From Octopus vulgaris (lineage: Eukaryota), in the NCBI GenBank assembly GCA_951406725.2, contig OX597819.1, positions 60,016,001 to 60,080,000 of the forward strand: a DNA stretch of 64,000 nucleotides, given 5' to 3'. The notes under the pieces are model-generated. The model had not been told where the DNA came from and searched no databases. It was given only the letters and a program-made list of their open reading frames with translations. Every line of letters starts with the position of its first letter. The stretch's first letter is position 1. A program made the translations under genes and the position numbers. Positions 1 through 64,000 of this stretch are shown here, one piece after another.

Positions 1-235
1 TAGATAAAATCTATTTATATGCAAACAAATTGCCAGTGTTATTGAATTGGGCTGTCATGGAAAAATGGAATATTACTTTCTCATATGGATAGGTGCAGGC
101 ATGGCTGAATGGTTATGAAGTTTGCTTTCCAACCATATGGTTTTAAGTTCAGCCCTGCTGCATGGCACCTTGAACAAGCCTCTTCTACTATAGCTCTGGG
201 CTGTTGGAGGATGTAGAAAAGGAGAGAAGCCAATG

Positions 236-532
236 TTATGTGTGATTTATGTATGTATGTATGTGGTGTGAGTGTGTGATTTATGTATTATGTGGTGTGT
301 GAGTGTGTGTTTTATATATGTGGTGTGTGAATGTGTGTTTTATATATGTGGTGTGTGTGTGTGTGTTTTATGTATGTACATGGTGTGTGTGTTTTATGTA
401 TGTACGTGGTGTGTGTGTTTTATGTATGCATGTGGTGTGTGTGTGTTTTATGTATGTATGTGGTGTGTGTGGGTGATTTATGTATGTATGTGGGGTATGT
501 GTAATTTATGTATAAATGTGGTGTGTGTGTGA
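236..532. repeat. Degenerate GT/AT minisatellite (~25-30 bp unit)
   Basis: Repeated tgtggtgtgtgtgt..tttatgtatgta. Confidence 0.85.
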
Positions 533-1199
533 GTACATGAATGTGTTAGTGTGTGTTTGTGTCTCCATGTCTTGAAATCTCACAGCTATAAACAAGAGTT
601 GCTGTCATACAAACGTTACTGTCATGCAAGCTGTGTTCATTTCCAATCTTCTATATAAACATGCCTGGCCATGGAGAGGGCTGGTGAAAAGAAGGGCATC
701 TGGCAGTAGAAAATCTCCCTCAACAAACCCTGATCAATGCAAGTTTGGAAAAGCAGACATTGGCTGTGTGGTTAAGGGATTTCAGGTTCAGTCCCACTGC
801 ATGGCACCTTGGACAAGTGTCTTCTTCTATAGCCCTTGTGAGTAAATTTAGTGGATGGAGACTGTGTGGAAGCACATTCTGTATATCTGTACCCTTCCTG
901 ATCACTGCTGCTGGGTAACTAGTGTTGTTTTGCTTATGTCCCCAAACATAGCAGTTCAGCAAAAGAATTGATGGAATGAGTGAATAAATACTTGTCTTTA
1001 GCCCCTTAGAATTTAGATTATTCTGTCAAATGTAAAACTTATTTATCCACACTGCTTGGAATTAATCATGCATTATCTTGTAAATTTGAGATTTCAAAGA
1101 TGTGACTGTTTATTTTTAGAATGACATTGTAGGGTAGGGTGTGAGAGACCTGATCTGGCCAGTTTGAACCTAAAACAAGTAGAATATTGGGCCAGGTTG

Positions 1200-1460
1200 C
1201 TGAGACTCTCTTTGGTCATGAATGACCATGGGATTGTACCTAGAAAGTCACCCATGCATACTAGCCTTCCCTCTCCACACCATTGATGTTATCCAAGGGA
1301 AAGGGGCCGATACAGCTTGGCACCTGTGACGTTGCTACTCATTTCAACAGCTGAGTGAACTGGAGCAACGTGAAATAAAGTGCCTTGCTCAAGAACACAA
1401 CACACAGCCCGGTCCGGGATTCGAACTCACAACCTCAACGCTCTAACCACTGAACCATGC
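1200..1460 (-). mobile_element. tRNA-derived SINE family E nested in a piggyBac-like MITE
   Basis: Minus: tggttcagtggttagagc...gagttcgaatccc...ttgagcaaggcactttatttcac; related copies ~17320-17610, 34170-34430, 41290-41510, 51115-51410. Confidence 0.7.
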
Positions 1461-1750
1461 ATATGACCGGTTTAAATGCCAAAGGGTTAAGATGTAAGCA
1501 CCAGGGATAATTTGTTTGACTAAAACCCATCAAGGCGGTGTCCCAGCATAGTCGCAGCCCAATGACGAAAGCAAGTAAGATAGAGGATTAAAATGATAGT
1601 CAATTAAAGTGTTTCAGGAATGTTTTACATGAAGAATTAGGTTTAGTCTTTAAACTGGAAATCTTTGAAATTTTTACTCTTTTTTTTTTTTTTTTTTTTT
1701 TTTGTTATATCCTGTTGGATTCTTGACTGAATTTAATTTTTTAATTTCAG

Positions 1751-55084
<53,334 letters not shown>

Positions 55085-55232
55085 AGCAGTTTGTGTAAGC
55101 GCCATTGCAGTTCTGTACTCACACAGGATTTACAGTAGCACCATGGTTATCTCTTATCATATCATTTTTTCACACCTCTCATTGCTTCTGTAAAAGAAAT
55201 AAGAAACATATATATATTTATATATATATATA

Positions 55233-55238
55233 AATAAA
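55233..55238 (+). promoter_or_regulatory. Candidate polyadenylation signal for ACSL
   Basis: First AATAAA clear of the stop codon; the context is AT-rich, so the evidence is weak. Confidence 0.3.
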
Positions 55239-56450
55239 ACCCCTCTTTTTCTCGTATTAGCAGTGCTTTATATTTCCTCTGGCAGTGGAAATAGCATTAC
55301 AATTCTCACAGTCAGTTGAAATGATTTCATATAAAAATAGCTTTAGGCATGAAATCTTTACATTTTGTACATAGAATTTTTTTTTTTTTTTTTTGTTTAA
55401 TGTATATTTTATTTACTGTTTTTAAATGTTAGTTGGTGAAACTTATGGTGTGGATGCTAAATTTGGAACGATTCAATTAATCCAATGGTTGTTGATATCT
55501 GATGTCGATGAGCCTTTAAACTACAACCAACATTTGTTCTTCAGTGATGTCTTCTTGTGTCATCCAGATATATTTATTTTATTCATAGTTATTGATTTAA
55601 TGTCTCAATTGAAATTTGATCAAATTCATTCCTTGTTTTTGAATCTGAAATTGATTCTTGTGGACCAATTTTCCCTAGCTGTAAATACACATTTTCACTT
55701 TATTTGGAGCTTCAAATTGCAACTCCTAAGACAAGGAAGGAGCAGCAAAGAAATATTCTATTTTATACTTAACTTTTTTTTCTTAGCCAATGGTTCTCTT
55801 GTCAGAAGTCAGTATGTATAATTATAGCTTTTGTACACATTAGTTTTATGTTAAATATATGAATATATGACTTATTTTCATCATTTACATTTAGAAAAAT
55901 TTCAAATTTTATTCAAATAATTTTCAAAATCTTTCATCAGGCACAGACATTCGTAATTGTATTTGGGTGAAGATTTTGAGTCACTTTTCTTGTCTGTGTT
56001 CTGCAAGCATTTTATTTTCATGCCTATAGCTACATAAAAGGTTTACAGCTTGTAGGGTTGGATTAAGCTAGGGCAGAGCTTTTAGCATATATTACAAAGG
56101 GAGCTCTCAATGAAAAAGCAACAAAAAAAGCTTAGCTATTTTATTGAATTTTAATTACTGATTGTTTAAGATTAAGATGTACAAGTTAAATATTCTTGCC
56201 TAATACCCAACCTTAAAATATGTTTATGTGGTCTATAATGATTTAAACTTATTTGATTTTATAGTTTTACTTAACAGCTTATAGTTGAAGTAGAAAGCTG
56301 TACACGATATATTCTTTATCTGTTTAAAAATCTAGATTTAATTTAATGAAGATGGTTAGTATTATGGAAACTGTCATATTTAGCAATAATTTAATTTGTT
56401 CAGCCTATTTAATTTATTAGACCTGAAGCAGACTTGAAGCACAGACGGCG

Positions 56451-56493
56451 TGTCATTGATGAGGTTGCTAATGGCAATGAAAGGACTTTGACA
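56451..56493 (+). ncRNA. Type-I hammerhead motif with U3 core (TTGATGA)
   Basis: Stem I tgtca/tgaca; TTGATGA+g; stem II gttgc/gcaat; GAAA; AG-GA-CT stem III; CUU triplet. Confidence 0.65.
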
Positions 56494-56829
56494 AACTTAA
56501 CTGCTTGATTGATTGACTGAATGAATAATTGTCTGATTAATCATTCAGTCAATCAATCAAGCAATTAATTGATTAATTAAATAGTTAACCAATTGACGAA
56601 TAAATGATAAAGAAGTGAACTATAACCAGCGTGTGTGTTTATTATTTGCACAATGACCCTCCCAAGATGCAACAGAAAAATAATATTTACATCTAATTAT
56701 TTATTATATGATGAGTTTAACACATTAAAATAGAGAAACAGAATGATAAGTCTATTTACTAAAAACTGGCCAAAATTAAATCAGTCTATTTATTGATGCT
56801 CTTTAATTTGGTTGTTGTAATTTATTTAA

Positions 56830-57049
56830 CCCTTTAGTATTCAAACTGACCATATCCAGCCCAAATATTGTATCTATTTTACGTTCGGACCAGACAGATA
56901 TGTCCTCTCAACATGTGCCCTATAATATCATTCTAAAAATACACAATCACATCATCAAAACCTTAAGGCTGCGAGATAATGAATGATAGTTCAAAACAAT
57001 GTGAATAAATAAGCATTACATTTGACTAAGTAATCTGAATGCTAAAGAG
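56830..57049. mobile_element. piggyBac-type MITE family 2 copy
   Basis: TTAA-CCCTTTAGTATTCA...TGAATGCTAAAGAG-TTAA; colinear with 22786-23004. Confidence 0.75.
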
Positions 57050-58698
57050 TTAATTCAAAATGTATTGGATCTTGAAAGTATTCTGAGCATTGGCTCAAGT
57101 TTTTAAACAATCAATCATTCACAAAAGCTGAAGGAAGTATATGATAGAGAAAATGCTGGATCATTAAACAGGAATTGATAGCTTGCAAGTATTTTATTTA
57201 AAACTAGGTGATCCTGTGCCGTCAAAAATGACAGCTAATGGTAGTGTTTTATATATGAATAAGGTGCATAATAATCACAGATACAAACATTCACATACTT
57301 CCCTTGTACACGAGCACACATATACTCATACAGACTTGAAATGCTGTTTGATTTTTCTTTTCAGCATTGAACGTTCACCATCCCACTTCCATGGCACACA
57401 CACGCAAACACAAACATTCACATACCTACCTTTTACATACACACACAGATTTGAAACGCTGATTTTTTTTCATCCCTTCCTTCGTTATTCATCTATCCCC
57501 CCTTCCTTTCTCATTCATATGTTTTGATGAGAAAAATAGAAGGTACATGACGCGCTCTTTGCCACTTCCTTTCTCTCATTGCTGTTCTTTTCTCTCACTC
57601 TTTACCACTTCCTTTCTCTCATTGCTGTTTCTTTCTCTCTCTCTTTCTTAATCAGGGCTATTACTCTCACTACTTCTCCTTCACTGAATTACTATTTCCT
57701 CTCCTCTCCCTTCACTTATACTACTCTTTCTTCTGCTCTGTGATTTCAGACAAATACACACACGTACAAATATATAAAATCACTATGCTCATAATTATAT
57801 TAGATGTATTGGATCAACCTTAAACATCAAGTTATAAAAAGCTGAAGGCAATATAGTGTTACATACTGACAAAGCAATTATCAGTCGAGGACCTGAAAGT
57901 GCAGGGCCTCTTGTATATGCTACTCTGGCTCCTAGCTTAATCCTGGCACTGCAGCTTGTATATATCTTCTTGTATTCTATATTTGTTGGTTTCATTCGTT
58001 GGACTGTGGGCCATGTTCAGACACCTTTGAGGTTTTAGACTATTGTATCAACTCCTGTACTTTGTCTGGTACTCATTTCATCATTCACACAAGATATGAA
58101 AATAAAAAGTGGCTTTCCGATGAGGGGAAGTAACTGAGTCGTGAATAAATACCAATACAGTATTTCTGTTTGCACCTAATGTAGTTCACGTCTCTGATTT
58201 AAACACACAATGTACGTGTGTGTGAGCGCGCACGTGTGTGCATGCATACTTACATACACACTTCGTTCTTATATATATATATATATATATATAATACAAA
58301 TCTATAAACACTAATTTGTTAATGACAGTTCTATACACAACCATGTGGAAACTAACTCTTCACACACACACACACACATATGTGAGTGCATGTGTGTAAT
58401 ATTATTATTTTACATATAAATTAGACTCTACTATGAGTATTGAGTCCTTTCATCAGTAAAACTTATTAATTTTTTAACAACCTTAACACGTATATATATA
58501 TACATACATGCACCCATACACACACTTCTGGTATATCCAATTTTTGTAGTTTTTATCTCTTTTTTTTTCTTTGTATTTATTATATACAAAGTAAACATGA
58601 TCTTCATTTTTGACTTAATATTATTGTGATATAAAGAAACACTGAATTAGAATATAATTGTTGATAAACAAGAATACATAATACACATGCATTCCAAC

Positions 58699-58729
<31 letters not shown>

Positions 58730-59466
58730 TACACATACAGTAATAAGAACTTTTGGCTGGAAATTCATAAATCCATGTACATTTCCACAAACCTAATGCT
58801 TTAATTGCTGTATTCCCCATCCCTAGGATATTACATACATGATTTGCAAAATCCATGGATTTTAAGAGGAATATTAACACGTGTTCATTTCCTCAGGCAA
58901 AAGTTGCATTTTACTCACTCACACACACACACACATATACATACACATGTTCACATGAAGTACGTACTCAATCGGTGTGTGTATATGTAATTTTCCCTAG
59001 ATTATCCTGTAATGCACCTGGTCACAACATTGGTGATGTTTCTTGGAGTCATTAGGTGTTTTGGGTCTTTCACCATCAAACATTCTAACCCAGGTAGTCC
59101 CCTTCCCCCTCCTGGTCCTTCCAGTGTTCACACCTCTTTATCCACAACAACCTCCACTGCCTCCACAGCCAACATGATGGTCTTCCCTCCTTGTCCTCTA
59201 TAATGGCAAGCATGTTGTAAGCTACATATACATATATGTGTGTGTGTGTGTATGTATGAGTGTATGTGTATGTATATATGCATGTATACACTCACACATA
59301 CATAGCTACATCCATATATATGTATGTATCTGCATGTGAGTATGTATATATATGTGTGTATATATATATATATATGTAGGATAGAATTTTTTTCGAAAAA
59401 AATTCTTTTCCCAAAAAAATCTTATCATTGGCCAGCATATTAAAAAATACCTTTAAAGGTTAAATT

Positions 59467-59737
59467 TATAAACAATTCATAATTAAGGGCAAACGGGTAT
59501 GAGTAAGTATCTCATTTATTTCTTTTGCCACATGTATCACTGACGAAGGGAGGGCTGTTATAAGCTAACCCTGAAATCGGTCCGATATGGTAATAATGGA
59601 ATCTTTTAGAAATTTCTGTCGACCTTTTTTCGAGTAGCATGCGAATTGTGAAAAAATTAATGGTTAATGGACAATATGTCCAATTTTTCGGCATATTTGG
59701 CATTAGAAATATTTTCGTTTGCCCTTAATTATGAATT

Positions 59738-59744
<7 letters not shown>
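59467..59744 (+). mobile_element. Hammerhead-bearing insert with 29-bp perfect inverted ends, running into (TA)n
   Basis: tataaacaattcataattaagggcaaacg (59467-59495) vs cgtttgcccttaattatgaattgtttata (59716-59744); several CpGs retained. Confidence 0.75.
59535..59592 (+). ncRNA. Intact minimal type-I hammerhead ribozyme motif
   Basis: Stem I tatca/tggta; core CTGACGA; stem II aggg/ccct with ggct/agct extension; GAAA; near-palindromic stem III ATCGG-T-CCGAT; AUA cleavage triplet (after 59587). Confidence 0.85.
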
Positions 59745-59776
<32 letters not shown>

Positions 59777-60556
59777 TAATATGGCAGATGGTAATTAGAT
59801 TTGTTAACATGGTATCCACCTGACTCTTTGGAATACTATTAAGAAAAACTAAAAGTTTGCAGAACAAACTTCCTCGGACCATTTTGGGATTGTTTAAGTG
59901 CTGGCAGCCCGTCCATAACATAATGTTATTGATTTTCATTTTTCAAATTTACTGTATTTCATTTTATTGTCTCTTGAACACATTTCCTTTTAAGACCTAC
60001 TTTATAGTTTCCTTCTGTGATAACAAATGAAAAAAGTGCTTTTAAGAACATGTAAATAACCCATGTTTAATTCAGTATGTATTTCATGATTGTGCATATA
60101 ACTCTCTCCCCATCTTTCTCTCTGTTTTTGTGTCGTATTTGTGTACACATCAAATAAACAGCCATTTGACAAGCACTGTAATGTTCCCATTTCGATTCCT
60201 GGTTGTCACCATTTTCATGTTTACTTTTACATACATATATATATATATATATAATGTATGTATAAGATGACAAAGAGTGAATTTAGCATATCTTTATTAC
60301 TAGCTACTGTTGTTTTGGTACCTCTCCATTTTTAAGACCATTGCACACTTAAATAATTCCATGTGAAAAGTTATGCAGTAATTATGGTAGATTGGAGGGG
60401 CACTTCATTGGACTTGCATCAAAAGGTGGATTCTTAGACACACACACACACACATGTGCAAGAAGTTTTTCTTCACAGTAACTGCAGTGAATTTGTCTTT
60501 AGAAGTTAGAATATGTCACAAACATATTTTTACTAACTTAAAGTTCATGTGTAATA

Positions 60557-60636
<80 letters not shown>

Positions 60637-60639
<3 letters not shown>

Positions 60640-61184
60640 ATTTATTATTATTATTTATTAATTATTATTATTCTGATCCCCCTAGTCGCCACTCTGTTTA
60701 CTATTTCAGCCTCGCCTCGTTTTTGCATATTCTGTATAATTCACTAGTTATCGTTATAGATATTTAGGTTCTATCTCCCTTACAGGGCTGATTAGAAATT
60801 GGCTGCCGGTTCTTCGCGGGGTTTCTCTCCCCCTCTTTTTACATTGTCTGTCTGGACTCCTCTTCCTACTCCTCGACATGGCCATGCATACTTAAGCTAG
60901 TAACCTGCCTCACTCTTGAATCCGAACTCCTTCTGCCAAGTCTGTCCGTAAACGAAGTGATCCCAAGATAAGAAATCTTTGAACTTTAATTCATCCGTAT
61001 CTCTATTTATTATTATTATTTATTAATTATTATTATTCTGATCCCCCTAGTCGCCACTCTGTTTACTATTTCAGCCTCGCCTCGTTTTTGCATATTCTGT
61101 ATAATTCACTAGTTATCGTTATAGATATTTAGGTTCTATCTCCCTTACAGGGCTGATTAGAAATTGGCTGCCGGTTCTTCGCGG
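60637..61184. repeat. 183-bp direct repeat pair (period 365 bp)
   Basis: 60637-60819 appears identical to 61002-61184. Confidence 0.9.
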
Positions 61185-61261
61185 CGCGCCCGCCCTACCC
61201 ACCCCCACCACCAATACCGGATATCTCTATTTTGCTCCAACTATACCGGATGTCGTTTCTC

Positions 61262-61896
61262 CCACCATTATAGGTGTCTACTCTTTGAACCCCTCTCTTC
61301 AATACGCTATTTCACCATGCATTACCCCTCTCTCGATATCCTACGTTCTACTTGCCTAGAACCTGTCCTCTGAACCACCCCTCCCACTGGTGCTCCCCCA
61401 TATTTCTGCACCCCCCACCACCATTATAGGTGTCTACTCTTTGAACCCCCCTCTTCAATACGCTATTTCACCATGCATTACCCCTCTCTCGATATCCTAC
61501 GTTCTACTTGCCTAGAACCTGTCCTCTGAACCACCCCTCCCGCTGGTGCTCCCCTATATTTCTGCACCCCCACCACCACCATTATAGGTGTCTACTCTTT
61601 GAACCCCCCTCTTCAATACGCTATTTCACCATTTCACCATGCATTACCCCTCTCTCGATATCCTACGTTCTACTTGCCTAGAACCTGTCCTCTGAACCAC
61701 CCCTCCCACTGGTGCTCCCCTATATTTCTGCACCCCCCCACCACCATTATAGGTGTCTACTCTTTGAACCCCCTCTTCAATACGCTATTTCACCATGCAT
61801 TACCCCTCTCTCGATATCCTACGTTCTACTTGCCTATTACCTGTCCTCTGAACCACCCCTCCCACTGGTGCTCCCCTATATTTCTGCACCCCCCCA
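61262..61896. repeat. Tandem repeat, 4 x ~156-165 bp, high identity
   Basis: ccaccattataggtgtctactctttgaacc starts at 61262, 61418, 61576 and 61741. Confidence 0.95.
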
Positions 61897-63959
61897 TAAA
61901 AAAAAAGCACCATCCGAACGTGGCCGATGCCAGACCCCTCTGGCACCTGTGCAGGTGGCACGTAAAAAACACCCACTACACTCGCGGAGTGGTTGGCGTT
62001 AGGAAGGGCATCCAGCTGTAGAAACACTGCCAGACTAGACTGGAGCCTGGGGCAGTCCCGAGCTCTCCAGACCCCGGTCGAAACCGTCCAACCCGTGCTA
62101 GCGCGGAAAACGGACGTTAAACGATGATGATGATGATGATGATATATATATATATGTATGTATGTATGTGTATATATGTATATATATATATATATATCTG
62201 GCACAGCCAACTGGTTCGCCAGTCCTCAGTCAAATCGTCCAACTCATGCTAGCATGGAAAGCGGACGTTAAACGATGATGATGATATATATATATATATA
62301 TATATATTTATATGTGTGTGTGTGTGTGTGTGTTTATACATATCATACAGGTGTAAAATTACAGTTGTATTGATATACAATTTTATACATTGCTAATAGA
62401 TTGGCTTTGCATATCAGTGTGAAAAGGCATAATTTAATATATATATATATATATACACACACATATACACACACACAAGCATGTGCATGTATACATACTG
62501 TCTTTAAAAATCATTTACCCACGAGTAAATAATTTATAAATCTAAATTCAATTATGTGTACATGTATATAAACATTATATTAATGTTTGTTTTACATTCA
62601 GTTATAATAAAAAAAACAATTTTACATTAATCAGATGGGTTACTCTATATTTTTGTAGAGTACAAATTTATTATTCTTAAACAAGTGACTTTAAAGTTTC
62701 AGTCAACGAAGCCATTGTTGAGCAACTCAGCAATGGCTTAGTTGGCCAAAACTAAGTCACTGTCAGTAACATTTTTGTTTAAGAATAATGTGTGTGTGTG
62801 TGTGTGTATACATACATATGCAACTGTTATTTTCTTTTTAAGCACGAGACAACTTTTCTTTAACTCAATTACTTTGTTTCAAATATATCATTACAATTTT
62901 TCGTATTTTTTACTTACTGAAATTATGTATATATCTTTTTCCTTCTCAAAATTATCCTCTTTTCCAGTACTTCACTGATACTGTATGAGAGCTTATTTCT
63001 TTCTCTTTTTCCCTTTTTTTTTTCTTTGCATGAATGGGAAAGGTAACACCAATAACCCTTTTGATCTCTTTTTTTAAGGGCTTCTTAGACTGATAGGAGG
63101 GAGGTTGGGAAATTCCCTCTGACCTGTGTTATGGTCTGAAGGCTTGCAACAGTATGGTACCCTACTAAAGGCACCAAAAAAGGGCCAGGTAGTGGGTGGT
63201 GTTACCCTGAGTATCAGATCCAAGTCTACCACTTAAGAATTGAACAGTTCTCTAGATGGGCTTCTGTGCAGTTTCCATTAACCAAATTTCACACTAATCC
63301 AAGGTGTTGTGCAGTGAGCTTGAACTTGAGATGGTTGAGTTGCAAAGCTGGTATCTTAACCACATAGCCATGGTTGCACCAAGGAAATTCAAGGAATAAA
63401 TATGCGAAAACAGGTAAGTTTCTTTCCATGTGCTTGAACTGAATATAACCCCTGAAAAAGTGCCCCACTCCATCCCATATAAATACAAAGGCACTATACA
63501 TCATCATTGTCATTATCAATATTTAATGTCCACTTTTTCATTGTTGCATGGGTCAGAAGGGATTTGTGGAGGTAGATTTTCTGGAGCTGGATGCCCCTCT
63601 TGTTACCAACCCTTACCTGTTTTCCATGCAAGGTAATATTTTACCTTGAAATATACTGTGATGTGTACACTTTCCTGCAATCATTCAGGTGCTTGTCTCC
63701 TGCTGGATGGAGTACTTTTTTTGTTGCTCCTATCAACTGCAAAACATACTGAGATATATGATATATATAATAGAGAAATTATACAAAATGTATAAATAGA
63801 TGATGAATAAAGCTGGCACAGTTTCAATTACCCGTTGTTATCCATAAATTTATTGCAGGAACTTTGTAGTGGTGGTTGGGGTAACAGTATTATAAAATAG
63901 AATGAGTAAAAGATTTTATTGGATATGACACATTTTGACCCGTTCTATTTATGTGTGTG

Positions 63960-63995
<36 letters not shown>

Positions 63996-64000
63996 TTTTA

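Noticed and set aside
55426-55821. 131-aa ORF after the ACSL stop
   Set aside because: No recognisable motif; AT-rich probable 3' UTR
55912-55946. Minus-strand CTGATGA...GAAA in the 3' region (similar case at ~19822-19845)
   Set aside because: No stable stem II or stem I
61262-61896. Regular repeat array as a CRISPR candidate
   Set aside because: Units are contiguous ~160-bp duplicates with no unique spacers, no cas genes, and a eukaryotic context

Overview
AT-rich, repeat-dense eukaryotic DNA; the SINE, RTE-LINE and microsatellite content looks like a cephalopod (octopus-type) genome, which is an inference. One protein-coding gene dominates: a + strand long-chain fatty acyl-CoA synthetase (ACSL1/5/6 type). 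I could reconstruct 20 GT-AG exons from 1751 to the stop at 55082-55084, giving 1893 nt or 630 codons plus stop with consistent phases. The N-terminus lies upstream of the window. Almost all ORFs in the supplied track are repeat or microsatellite artefacts. Introns and the 3' flank hold several tRNA-derived SINE families, 5'-truncated RTE and CR1 LINE ends, a DD37D (maT-type) transposase relic, hAT/piggyBac/Tc1-mariner MITEs, a Helentron-like element and tandem repeats. The most notable signal is a set of about nine short non-coding inserts from several unrelated sequence families. Each carries a minimal type-I hammerhead-ribozyme fold, often inside an inverted-repeat or partial-tandem structure like Penelope-like elements or non-LTR retrozymes. 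They include a fully intact copy (59535-59592), a G3-C8 core-swapped variant (16913-16963), U3-G8 variants (43507, 56451), a 1.4-mer of a ~348-bp monomer (10595-11160) and a tRNA-headed copy (32136-32432). Repeat boundaries are approximate, and the ribozyme folds were paired by eye and are untested.
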